From positions 2,053,538 through 2,117,537 of the forward strand of contig JAAOMT010000128.1 of NCBI GenBank assembly GCA_016748015.1: a stretch of DNA of 64,000 nucleotides. Reading direction: 5' to 3'. Shown here piece after piece: positions 27,770-41,173 of this stretch (position 1 is the stretch's first letter; each line of letters opens with the position of its first letter). The notes beneath the pieces were generated by a model. It made no database searches, had not been told where the DNA came from, and saw only the letters and a program-made list of their open reading frames with translations. The stretch is from Geosiphon pyriformis uo1 (taxonomy: Eukaryota; Fungi; Glomeromycota). The translations under genes were made by a program, and so were the position numbers.

Positions 27770-30700
27770 ATGTCTAAAAAAAAGGCAGCCAAAGAAGTAT
27801 TTTATGATCCAGTTGATAATACTTTTTCTCAAAAAAAATTTAGTTGGCAATATAAACATTTAAGTAATAAAAAAAAAATATCTTTAAACAAATCTTTAAA
27901 TAGTTTTAATATGTTTTTTAACATGAAAAACGAGTTTAATAATGGAAATAACAGCATTTTTTTAACTAAAAGTGGCTACAAAACTGATAATAATAACAAA
28001 AACTTTTTTGAATTCATTTTAAATACTTTTAAAAAAAAAAAATTAATATTAATATAGTAAATAGTTCTTTTCTTGAATTTTTAAATTTTAACATAAATAA
28101 AAATACTGGATCTTTCTTTTTTTTCTTTTTTAAAATTAAAATAAATATGCTTATTAGAAAATTTTTTAATTATTAATAACAAGTTTTTTTAGAATAAATT
28201 GAAATTAGTTAGAAAATTGTTTTTATGTGTGAATAGTTTTGAAAATATTTATTTTTTTAAAATTTGGTGATATTATTTATACAATTTTTATATTTAAATC
28301 TGATATAATAAGAATTGTAAATTTAATTAAAATTAACAAGTTAAGAAATTTCTAATAAAAACATCAATAAAAGCTGTATATATTGCACTAATTAAATTTA
28401 AAATAATTAAGTTAATTAAAATACAATTAGTAAAACTTTAATAAAAAAATTAATAGAGTTTAATAACTAAAAACAAGTTAATTTGTTGGTTTTTAAGTAA
28501 TCTGCTCTTATTAAAAAAGATACTGTTTAGATAATTAAAACTAATATTAACAAATTATTATAAAATAATAAAAATATACATAAAGTTTTACTTTATACTT
28601 TGCTAATAGAAATAATAATATATAATCTATAAGATTTTTTGAGTTTTATTGATAAAAAAAACTTGTGTAATCAATTATTATTTAATTATATATGTACATA
28701 TTAAATATATAATTATTTGTTTTAAATTTAAAAATAGCTTAATAATAACTTTAATTACAACTTTAGTTTTTAAAAATTTTAATTTAAAATAAGCTAAATT
28801 AAGTTTATTTTTTTGTTTATATATATAAAATTTGGTCATGTTTTATTTATATATAAATTTTATATCTTGTTGGTTTTTAAGATTAGATTCAGAAAATTTT
28901 TTTTAAAATTTAATAAATATAAACTTTTTGTTATTTATGCTAAAAAAATAGTATTTTAAGCTTAAATAGTTAATAATAATTATTCTAATGCTTTTTTAAC
29001 TTGTTATTTATGGTTTTTTTTATTTAATATTGTTGTTGCTTCTTTTTTATTGTTTATTTTCTTATTAAATGTTTTTTAAAACTATTAACAAATTAAATTT
29101 CTAAGATTTTTTGTTAATTAAACATGTTTTTGTCAGCTTTTTTTTTATTTTTTTTGTTTTATTCTATGTTTAAGATTATTTTAATTGTGATTAATTCAAA
29201 TATAATTATTAATATTTCAAGTATATTTTTTTTTAATATTATTAATAATAGCTTAAAATTTTTTACTGCTAAAATAAGTAACTTGAAAATCAATATGTTA
29301 ATTTAAAAAATTTTGTAAATATAATTTTAATAATATTAGATTATTTAAGTATTAATTTTGGTTTTTGTCTTTTTTTTTTCTATAATAACTAGTTTAATTT
29401 AAAAAATTAATAAATATAATATTAAAGATATAAATATTTTTACAAAATAAAATATTAATATAAAAAAAATAATTATTTTATTTTCATTATAATAAAGATT
29501 AAATTAAAATATGGTATTAAGTTTTAAATTATAAAAAATTTTGATAAGATTTAAATATTTATATTTGTCTTAAATTTAAAATTTTTAGGTTTTAAAATTA
29601 TTGTTATTATGAATAATAGTATTGTCAAATATATTTACAAAGTTATAAAAATGCCAGAATTTTTTTGTTAATTTATTTATTTTTTAAGAACAATATATTT
29701 GTTTTAATATTAAGTTTATATATTAAAGTTTTTTTTAATATGTATTTAAATCAAATTATTATTGTTAACTTATTTATTATTAAAATAGTTAATAAAAGTT
29801 TTTTTGTTATTTTGAATAATAACTTTAACAAAATAGTTTAAAATACAGTATTAGTTTTAAGAAATATTTAGATTTAGGTTTAATTAACTTTTTTTTTGGT
29901 AATTTATTTATTAAAATTTCAACTTAAAAAACTTATATAATATTAAAAAAACAAATAATTTTATTTTGGTATTTTTTTCTTAACAATATAATAATTATTT
30001 ATAGTATTTTTAAGATATAAAAGTTTTTTTAAATATGTAATTTTTTGCATTATGTAGACATATCAACAAAAATTAATAAAAGTTTAAGTTTAAAAATACT
30101 AATTTTAAGTAAATTAAATTTAAAAATGTTTTTTTGTTTTAAAGTATAGCTATTTTAAATGTTTTTAAAAAATTAAAATTGATTAATAATTTAAATATTA
30201 TATAAAACTATATTAAAAATATTGTGTATTCTGTTATTAATTAAATGTTTTTAAATTTTTGGTATAAAAAGTTATTATGTACAAAAAACTTTTATATATT
30301 ATGTTTTAATAAATTAAAGTTTTTAATTTTAAAAGTTATATAATATATAGTATTTTAAAACATTTTTTTGCAAAATAGTTCTGAATTATTTGGTGTAAGT
30401 AATAAGCTTATTTTAAATTCTAATAATATTAAATTGTTTGTTAATTCTATTATAAAAAATTAAACTAGAAAATATATTATTTTTGATGAATTTTTTTATT
30501 TTTAGTAGTATTAATATGTTTTTTTGATTATATTAATAATAATATTTTTGTTAATATTATAGATTAGATTAAATAAGATAAACTTTTAAATATAATTAAA
30601 AATCTTTTTAATAATAAAACTGTTAAATTGTTTAGTATTTTAAAAATATTATAATAAGTATGTTATTAATTTATTATTAAATCTGCTAAATTTTTGTTTG

Positions 30701-33200
30701 GTCTTAAAATTTGTGTTTATTTAGTAAAAAAAAGCCTAAATTTAATAATTCTTAAATTTTATAACTGAAAAAATGTTTTAAAAAAAATTATAAATTATAA
30801 TTAATTCTATAAAATATATACAAAATATATAATTTAATTAATTAGTCTTATTTAATAAATAATTTACAAAAAATTAAAAAATATAATAAGTTTTATTATG
30901 TTTTTTAATAATATTTATAATATAACAAATTTTAAACTTACAAATAACTATAAAATATATAATAGTTTGGATTAAAATAAAATTTTTCTCTTTTATTATA
31001 ATAGATTTTTTAACTTTTTTTTATGTGAAGTTAAGAAATATAAATAATTTTGTGAATATTATATTAATATTAAATTTATAATTAAAATAAGCTATATAAA
31101 AAGTTAGATAAATTTTATATTATTTTTAGGTGCTAATATTTTTATTAATAATACTATATAAATTAACAAAAATTATACTATAATACAGTATATTTTTAAT
31201 ATTATAAGTAAATTTTATAGGATTAATATTATTTTTATTAATCAATAAATTATTAGTATATCTTTGTTTATTAACAAATTATTAATTACAATTATTAAAA
31301 AAAAATTTAAATTAATATCTGAATATTTGTTTATTAACAAATAATTTTTTTAAGTTTAGTTTAATCAAAACTTATTTTAATATTAGATTTTTTGTTAATA
31401 TAATTTAAAAAAATTATTTTAAATAAACAATTTTTATATTTATATTATATCTAATAATTAATTATAAATTTTCATTTTTAAAAGTGTGTATTAAAAATAA
31501 AATATAATAATTTTTTAGATTTAAAAACTAAAATTAATTTTTTAAAAAACTTTTTAAATAAAACTTTGTATTATGTTTTCTTATACAATTTGATTATATT
31601 ATTGCTAATCTTTTTAAATACTTCTAATATTATTGATTAGCTTTTTAAATATTGTTTTTTGGATTTGTAAGCTTTAAGTTAAGTTTTTAAAAATTTATTG
31701 CAGTTTTTTATTAGGTTAAAAATTAATTTAATTAATAATTTTTTGGCTAATATGATCAAAATTTTGTTAAATTAAAATATTATTTTTATGAATTTTTTAT
31801 TTACAATATTTTATTTTATTAATGACTTCTTTATATCAAATATTTTAAATATATTATTATATTATAAAATAGTTAATTTTTTTAAAAAATTTGGTATAGT
31901 TTTTAGCAAGTATTTAATTAATAAGCATAATCAAATTTTTAAATAAAAACTTTTTCATTATTAAAAAAACTAGATCTTAAAGATTTTATGTTTTAATAAT
32001 TTAATAAAATTATTAAATTTCTTTAAAATAGAAATCTGAATATAACTGGTTTTTTTACTAATTGTAATTTAAATTGTTAAAATACTTATAATTTTTTGTC
32101 ATCTTTTTATAATTAATAAAAGTAAATTTATTTATTATTAATGTTTTTACAAAAAAATTTATTAAAAAAATTAGGTTTTTGTAAAATATTTAGTAATACT
32201 GTAATATTTTTTAAGAATTTGAGTATTAATATTAGTGTTCATGTTTTTGGTTTAGTTTTATTAATATTAATTAAATTACAAACTATTTTTTTGGTTCTTG
32301 TATATGTATTAATATTTAGTATAATTAACATTTATTTTAATAATTAAGTGGTTTTTAATATTTGTACTTTTAAACTTGATTTAAAATTTTTAAATATTTG
32401 TAATTATTATTAACTTTTAAAAAACAGATTGTTAATTTTATTTACAATAAAAAAATTTTAGTTATTTGGTTTAAGATCAAAAATTATTCTGTTATTAACA
32501 ATAAAATTATTAATAATTAACTAATAAAACTATTTATTTATTTTTGTATTTTGTTTAATTTGTAAAAAGTTTTTTTAAGCCAATAAAATAATTATCTTAG
32601 ATAATATTTATTATTTTATTTATAATATATATTAAATAATATATTATGCTTAATAAAAAACCAAACTAAATATTAATATAATAGTTAATAATATAATTAA
32701 AAATATAGATTAGTATTATATTTTTTTAATTTAATATTATAAGTTTTATATGCAATTAGGTTTTATTAACAATTTTATGATAAGTTTACATACATATTTA
32801 ATAAAGATTAATTTACAGATAACTTTTTATTGCTGTTTAAAAATATTTATATAATAAGTAATATTTTAAAATTTTTTGTTTTATTATAATAAAATAGAGT
32901 TTTCAAATTATATTTTCATATACAAATCGAATATAATAATTTATATAGAGTTTTTAATAAATTTGGCTAAGTTTTGGGTTTTATTTATTGTTGTTTTGTT
33001 TTTATTATCTTTATTTTTACAATTTTTTTTTTATATATTAAATAATACTTTGTATATTATTTTATACAAAAATTTTGGTTTTAAGATATGATTTGCTAAA
33101 ATTGTATTAATTTTTAAAAATATTAACTGATTTGTTTGTAATTGAATTTTTTTATATGTTAATTAATAATAAATTATAAAAAAATATATAATTATAATAA
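27770..33200 (+). mobile_element. Near full-length non-LTR (LINE) relic: ORF1 - APE - RT - RNase H
   Basis: Domains in collinear order: ORF1 start MSKKKAAK (27770); APE start LI*KINKYNIKD (~29395-29430); RT NSLD*NKIF at 30961 (restores to DGLDQGEVF); FINNTI* at 31141 (restores to FVDDTIW); RNase H IKLQTIFLVL (~32270). End coordinate is approximate. Confidence 0.72.
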
Positions 33201-35104
33201 AAAAAATGATTTAATTGATAATAATATGTTTGTTTTTTATAATTTATACAATTTATTTAGCAATTTGTCTAATAAAATAATTTATATGCTTAATATTATT
33301 AAAGTTTTTACAGTTGGTTTTGATTTATATAATAAAAAGTTAAATTTTTTGGTTATAAAACCAAAAATCATATTTAGCATTAATTTTATAAACATTTTCT
33401 AATTTGATTCTTTGTTTATTACTGTCAAAATATTTAAGTTGTAAAGCAGATTGGTTTTTAATAAAATAAATTAATGTAATTGGCAAAATTTTTTTTGGTT
33501 TGTTTTTTTAAATTCGATTTCATTTTTTTAATAAGTAATATTATATGTTAAAAACATAATATTTTAGATATTATATAATATAATTCAATTTTGTTTTTAT
33601 AATTATATTTTATAAGTTCTAAAATATATTCCATATATTTAGTTTTTTTATCTGTTAAATATTTTTTTGGATTTTTTTTTTAATAAAAACTATTATTAAT
33701 TTATAAATTATTTTAGTATTATAAAAATAATAATACAGTTTATTAAAAACACTATTTTATATTACTTAAAAAAAAGTTTTTTTTACTTTTTCAAAAATAA
33801 ATAAAACATATTAGCAGATTTAATTACAGACTTTTTTTTTATCAAAATATTAATTCAATTGTATTTTTCTAATAATAATTGTTTACAAATAAAATATAAT
33901 TTATTGTTTTATTTTTTATTTTATTTTAAATAGCCAAATTTTTTTTTGTAATAAACTTTACAATAATAATAAGTGTAATTTTCAATTTTTTTTCTGAATA
34001 TATACAAACTTTTATAAATAAAAGTTTTTTATTATAATCTTTATATTTAAATAACACATAAATTTGTTTTTTTAGAAGATTTAATTTTAAGTAAAAAACA
34101 TATTAACATTAATTTGTTTAGTTGTTAATGTAAATTTAATATATTTGTTTAAAGTTTTAAGCCAAAATATTGTTAATTGTAATTTAAGTATATTAAAAAG
34201 TTGTTATTTTATTTTTTTAGTCCAATTAGATTATAAATTAAATATTATATAGATTTAATAATTGGGGGGTTTTTTTTTAAATTTAAATATTAAAGTCTTT
34301 TTAAAATATTATTTTAATATAAAATTTTTAATTTTTGTATTTTTTAATTTAAATTTATATTGGTTTTAATAAAAACTTAATATTGAAATATATTTATAAT
34401 TAAAATTTTAATTAAAATAGTAATCTTATTAATAATAAAAAAAATTATTGATTTTATTTATTAAAATTTTTTTTATATTATTGGCTATAACAATTACTAT
34501 TTAGACCAATCTGTTAATATTTTGTTTAAATTTTTGTATTAATTAATAAGTAATAATACTTTTAATAAATCTATTATCTAAAATTAACCAACTTAATTTT
34601 TTTTTAACTTTGATTTCTGTATATATTGCTATAATTACTTTTTATTTAAAGACAATTATATTATTAAATCGGAATAATAATTTATTAACTTTAAATTTAA
34701 ATGAAAAAATATTAAATAGATTAATATTTTGGTTATTTTTGCTAATAAAATTGTAATATTGTTGAAAAAGTTTTATAATTATACTGTAGTTTTATTTTTA
34801 AAAAATGTAGTTTAATAAAAATTCTGGTTTTTAGATATTGTTAAATAATTAAATTAAATATAAAAGTGTTTTAGTAGTTATTAATTGTTATTTCAAAAAA
34901 CTAATTGATTATTAAGACTATTTCTGTTATAATTAATTAAAAACAATCTTATAATAAAAATTAATTAAATTGAACCAATTTTTTTGCTAATAGCTAATAA
35001 TTTTAAATTAAAAATCGATAATAATATTTTTGTTATTATACTAGTAGTAAAGCAAATTAATAATAACTAGATTAAGATCTTAAAAAATAGTAAGTAAATA
35101 ATAA

Positions 35105-35141
<37 letters not shown>

Positions 35142-38100
35142 GTAGTAATAGTAATAATAATAATAGTAATAATAGTAATAAATAATAAAATTGCTGTATT
35201 TAAGGAAAATAATAATAATTATTCTGTTTTTGTTAATTTTTTTTACATTTTTAACAATAATGTTTTTAGTATTTTAGAATTTTACAATAACAATAATTTA
35301 AATTTTAATTGTTTAGTAGTGATAATAAAAATTTGTTGAATTTCTTAAAATAAGTTATAACAGATTTAAATAACTCTTACTTAATATTTTAAAATTAATT
35401 TGCAAAGTAATTAATATATTATTAATAATAAAAAAGTATTTTTAAATGCTTATTAATTTTTAAAAAATGTATTTAAATTTTCAAATTGTTTATTAATAAT
35501 TTCTTAAAAAAAATAAAAAATTGCTTTTAATATTCTTATAATATTTTATTTATTTGTATTTTCTGCTTTGGTAATTTTGTTAAGTTATTTTTGAAAACTA
35601 GTTTTAATATTTTTTTTAGAAATTTGGGAATTCTTGCAATATTTAAAATTATTATACTTTTATTATTGTTTTTTTTACTGTTTAAATAGATTTAAAAATA
35701 TTTTTTTTATTTGCTAAATTTTTTAAGTGCTTATTTTGGTTCTTTGTTAAATAATTAATAAGATTAGTACTTTTATAATTAATTCTGATTATTAAGTTAA
35801 ATTTTTTGGTAATATAAAGTTTTTAGTCTTGAAAAATAGACTAATAATAAATTAAGTATTTAAGTTTGAGCAAGAAAAATCAAAAAAAGTGTAATTAAAA
35901 ATAGTAGTTTAATATTAGGTTTTTGTTTAAGTATTTACAAATATTCGACAGTAGTTCTTAATATATTGTAAGTTGTTTAGCTAAGTTTGGAAGTTTTTTT
36001 TATTTTTTTTATTGTTAATCTTTGATTCAGATTTTAAGTTAAAAAAAATTAAACTAAATATTTTTCTTTACAAAATTTAGTAATATTATAATCAAGTTCT
36101 TATAAATAAGTTAAATAAGTATTAGTATTAATAATTTTTGTTTTTATATTTAAATAATAAATTAAATTTTCAAGAAAATTTTATTTTATTTTTGTAATAT
36201 TATAATTTTTAAAAAAAAAATTATTAATTTAATTTTTAATATATTGAAAAAATATTTTTTCTACAAGTGTAATTCTGTTTTAAATTTTAAATTTTTGTTT
36301 GCAATATATGTAAATTGACTAATAATATTCTAGAGTTATTATGTTAAATATAATTGTCACTTTAAATAGTTTGTTATTGTGTTAAATTTTTAAATAAATA
36401 CTAAATATTATTAAAAATTTTAGTTTTTTTTTTAGTAATATTAATAAAAGTTAATAAATCTTTAATAAACTGATTTATTTTCAAAGTATTTTTTTATATT
36501 TTAAATTATTTGTGCTATTGGGTTTATAATAAAATAATTAATTTTTTATTAATTACTTATATAGTTTCTTTGTAAATAAAAATTAATTCTTTTACAGAAA
36601 TTTTTGATTGTAAATTTTTTAATAATATGTAATTATTTTGTTATAAAAGTTAACTTTTTACAAAAAAACTTAACTGTAAACTATTTAATAATATAAAAAA
36701 AATTAAATAATAAGAAATAAAAAAACTGTTTTCTGTTTAAATTTAGAATTAATTAAGTAATTACTAAATTAATAGCTAATTATTTTCAGAACATTAATTA
36801 AAATTTGTGAGTTTTAAAGTTATAATTATAAAAAAATTTTGGTTTTTAAATTAGATTTTATTTTGTTAATTTGTAATAATTAATTAATTTTTAAGAAAAT
36901 AATTATAAACTAAGATAAAATTTTAGTAAAGATATATTTTTTAAAAAAAGAAGCTTTTCTTTTATATAATTTGTTATAATACTATTTTATAATTTAATAC
37001 TTTTTATTATTATTATTTTAGCAAACTTAAAATATATTTAGACAAATTACAAGTTAATTTTATGAACTATTAATTATTTTAAAAAATTATTAAATATTTT
37101 AACGAATTCTTAATATATAACATAGTTTAAAGTATTATATAATTTGATTATTATATTTAATTATACTTGTATATTATGTTAATTAATAACTCAAATTTTT
37201 ACTAGTAATACTATTTACCAAAACATTTTTATTAATAATTAATATTATAATTCAATTAAACTAAATTTAAAAATAAATATAGATTTAATAAATTTTTGAA
37301 ATTTTAAAAAAATAATAATCTTTTAAAACTATTTATTATTTATAGTTTTTTTATAAAACTGCTTTTTTTAATAGTCAACAAATTAATATTTAAAACATAA
37401 TATTTTTTAATAATTATATAAATAGACTAATTCAATTTAAATAACATAAGACTCTTTATTTTATACTTAAAATTAATTTTTATGTTATTAAATTTGTTTA
37501 TATTAATCAAATTATTACTTAGAAAAGAAGATTTGCTTAAAAAAAAACTGTTTAATATTTTTATTTGTTTTTTTTTAGTTTTAGCATAAAACTATTATTA
37601 ATAAAATCATATATATATTACTTTTTATTATCATTTTTTTGGTTATATTATCATAAGTAATAATTATTAATTTTTATATAAAAGAATTAATATTTTATAA
37701 AATATTAAAAATTATAACAGAAAAAAACAAAATAACAAAAACTTTTTTTAAAAACTATTTTTCTTTAAAAATTTTTAATTAAAAAAAAAAGAAGTTTTTT
37801 TAATTAAAAAATATAATTGCTTTATATAATATTTATAAAATTAAATTAAATTAAATATTTAGCTTTTAAAATAAAATTAATTAAATATATATCTAAAAAT
37901 TTTTTATTTTTTATTCACTTAATTTTAATTATAATTAAAAAATATATTATAATTATATTTAAGTTTAAAAAAGTTTTTAATACTTATTAAAATTCAAAAT
38001 TCAAAAAAAGGTTGTATTTAATAAACAACTTTTAATATTAATATAAATAAATTAAATGGTTTTTAAACTATTTATCAAGTTTTAAGTTTTTATAAATTAA

Positions 38101-38314
38101 TTTATTAAAATAATTTTTATGTTAAAATTATTATTTTATTTACTATATTTTATATTATTGTATTAAATAAATTATTTGTTTTTAAATTAAATCTTTTAAA
38201 TTTAAGTTACAATATTTAATAAAATTTTTGATTAAGCTTATTAAATTTTTGGTAATCTAAATTATTTTTTAATATTAAAATAAATAACTAGTTAATTTTT
38301 AAATAATAAAAATT

Positions 38315-38582
38315 GGGAATTGCTAAATCAACTCATCCGCAACACGTAAATTAAATATATATAGAATTTTAATATTTATTTATTAGTAATTCTAATAAAT
38401 ATTAGTTAATTAAAATAAAAATAACTTTTTTTTATATAAAATTGAATATAGATGATATGTTCAATTTTTTTATTATGCCTTAAGTAATTTATATTTGTTA
38501 ATATGTTCCTATATATAGTTGAATACGAAACTATGACGTAAATAATATCACGTGTTGCGAGTGAGTCGATTTAGCAATTCTC
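38315..38582. mobile_element. 268-bp MITE with ~33-bp imperfect TIRs and 8-bp TSD
   Basis: Left GGGAATTGCTAAATCAACTCATCCGCAACACGT; right (reverse complement) GAGAATTGCTAAATCGACTCACTCGCAACACGT; flanked by TAAAAATT at 38307-38314 and 38583-38590. Confidence 0.88.
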
Positions 38583-41173
38583 TAAAAATTAATATATTAA
38601 TATTTAATTTGTTTTAAAATTTGCTTTAAATCAAAAAAATAATATATATTTAATAAATAACAAAAAAACAAAAAAACATTAATCTATAATATTTAATATA
38701 ATAAAAATAAACTTAATAAATTTGTTTGATAATAATAATTTAAATTATTTTATAAACAAAACTATACAAATAATTTATTTGTTATTTATAATTTAATATA
38801 ATTTTAATATAAGTTAAAATCATTAATTATATATAAAAAGTATATAAGCTATATTTAATAATAAATAAATTACATTTTTTAAATTATAATAAAAAGTTTA
38901 ATTAAATAAATTTAAGCAAAAATTTGGGTTTTGGTTAATTAATACAAAAAATTAAAAAATTTAATTCAAAATAAAAATAAAATTAATAAGTTAATTAAAA
39001 AATTAGTTATATTAATAATTAATAAACACATTAAAAATATGGCTGCTAATAATAAAATACAAGTTAAAAATAAAAAATTTGATTTAATTTAGCACAATAT
39101 TAAAAAATTTATAAATTTGTTAATATTAAAAAATTAGATAAAATTAAAATAATAAATAATTAAATTAATTAATTAATATTAAAATATAAATAAAAATATA
39201 TTTTAATTAATAATAAAACTTAAAAAATAAATTTATATTAATTTTAAATCAAATTTAATTAATAATAATGGTTAATATATTACAAATTATTTGTTATTAA
39301 ATAAAATTTATATAGTTTTTAAAAGAATTTCGAAATATTTTAATTAATTTGGTAGTTAATTACATGTAAAAGTTTATAGTTCATATTTATTGTAAATGTT
39401 TATATAAGTTATATATATAAATAATATTAATAATAATAAAAAAAACATTAAAAAAAGCAAAATAATAATAATAATAATAATAATAATAATTTTAAATCCA
39501 AATTAATTAAAAATTTTTAATTATATTATATATAAATTAACAATATATCAAAACAGACAAATAATAAATTTTGTTATATTTTTTAATTATAAATATCAAA
39601 AATATGCTCTTATAATATTTTTATATTTTATATAACAAAAATATAAAATTTAATAAAAACACTAATAAAAAACATTATTACAAATACCAAAACTTTGATT
39701 ATTAATCTTATTTTTAAATATATTTATCAAAAATTTATTTTTATATACAAATATTTTTACTATTGTTTTCTTTGTGAATAAGTTTTAAGTTGCTATTTTG
39801 AAGCCAATAATAAATATATTAAAAGCAAATTTATTAAAATAACAACTTTTTGGTCAATTAATTATTTTAATAATGATTAAATTAAATTATAAACACTCTT
39901 TTAAATACAAATCTATTATATTTTATAGCAATCATTAAAAAAATTTTCAAATTTTTTGGAGTATGTATACAAATTTTGAATATATGTTTACAAAGTTATT
40001 TATTAATTTAATATTTGATAATGTTGCTGTTAATGTTATTTTTTAATTTTAATGTTATTATAAAATAGTTTAAACTGGTTTAAATAAGCTAATTACATGT
40101 AAAAAATAGATGAGTTGTCCTTATTTAAATTTCTAAATTATTTGAATAGCAGATAAATAAATTAGACTCAATAAAGAATATAAAATAATAATAATAATAA
40201 TAATGATAATAATAATATTTTTAATTTCTATACAGTGTATACTATTGAGAGATTTATGTACAAATGTATTTTCATGCACTTTGACCAAAAGCAAATGTTA
40301 TTCAACCATGCTATTATACAAGCTCCAATATTTTTAAATAATAATTTCACACTTAAGCAATATTTGATAATTATTATGACTTACTTTTAAATCAAATCTT
40401 TTTTTTTGAATTTTATTCTGACATTCAAATTTTTTACATAAACTCCAGAGTGTGGCTTTTTCTGAGCATATCGTGAAATCTGAACAAATTTAACCAAATA
40501 AATAATTATCAAGTTTTTTCTTATCAAATGTACTTTTACAAAATTAATTTCATTTTTAAGAAAGTACCTTTGTTTTTTGTTAATTATTTTGAATAGAGTC
40601 TGGAGCCAAATATTTTCATCCAATGGATCATAATAACTGTTTTGAAAATAGCAAAAGAGGTTTAAATCCAGCACTTGAGATTAGTTTCATCAACAGATAG
40701 TTGCAATACCTTACCATGGACTACTCAAGATAAGCAAATAAGGACTTATTTTGTAAACAATAATAATTTTAAGTTCATTGACTGTCAAAATTTCGTCGTA
40801 TATTTGAGGTCCCATGTAATTGTACTGAATCTTAATGAAATCTATACCAAAGCGCAGAATGTTTAGTAAATAAAGGAAGAACCATTGTCAAAAAAAAGAT
40901 ATTCCGTTTTGGGGTTTTTTTTGTAGAATTTATTTCCAAATAATTGGTGAGACCTTATTCGGATTTTAAATTCTTAAAAAAATCTTGAAAACTTACAATG
41001 AGGAAAATTCGAAATTTTGAGCCTCTTAAATTCAAAAAATATTAAAATTAGTTCTCATTGTTCTTGTTTCAGGAAAACTTTGAGTGGTCAATAAACTAGA
41101 AATATGCAAAATTGTGTTATCGGTATATTTTAATAAATGCATTGCTGAATCATATATTTCTAGGAATTAAAAA

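Larger units (their letters stand above)
27150..40200. mobile_element. AT-rich block 2: hypermutated retroelement relics
   Basis: Same composition as block 1; shares homologous segments with it (18530-19160 vs 36560-37170; 12965-13230 vs 29250-29510). Confidence 0.75.

Noticed and set aside
11428-40200. Short I/K/N/F/L-rich ORFs in the AT blocks as real genes
   Set aside because: They are compositional artefacts or mutated retroelement fragments interrupted by stops.
11400-40200. AT blocks as mitochondrial or contaminant DNA
   Set aside because: No rRNA, tRNA or respiratory genes seen; LINE domains are recoverable; the blocks flank an intron-containing nuclear gene.
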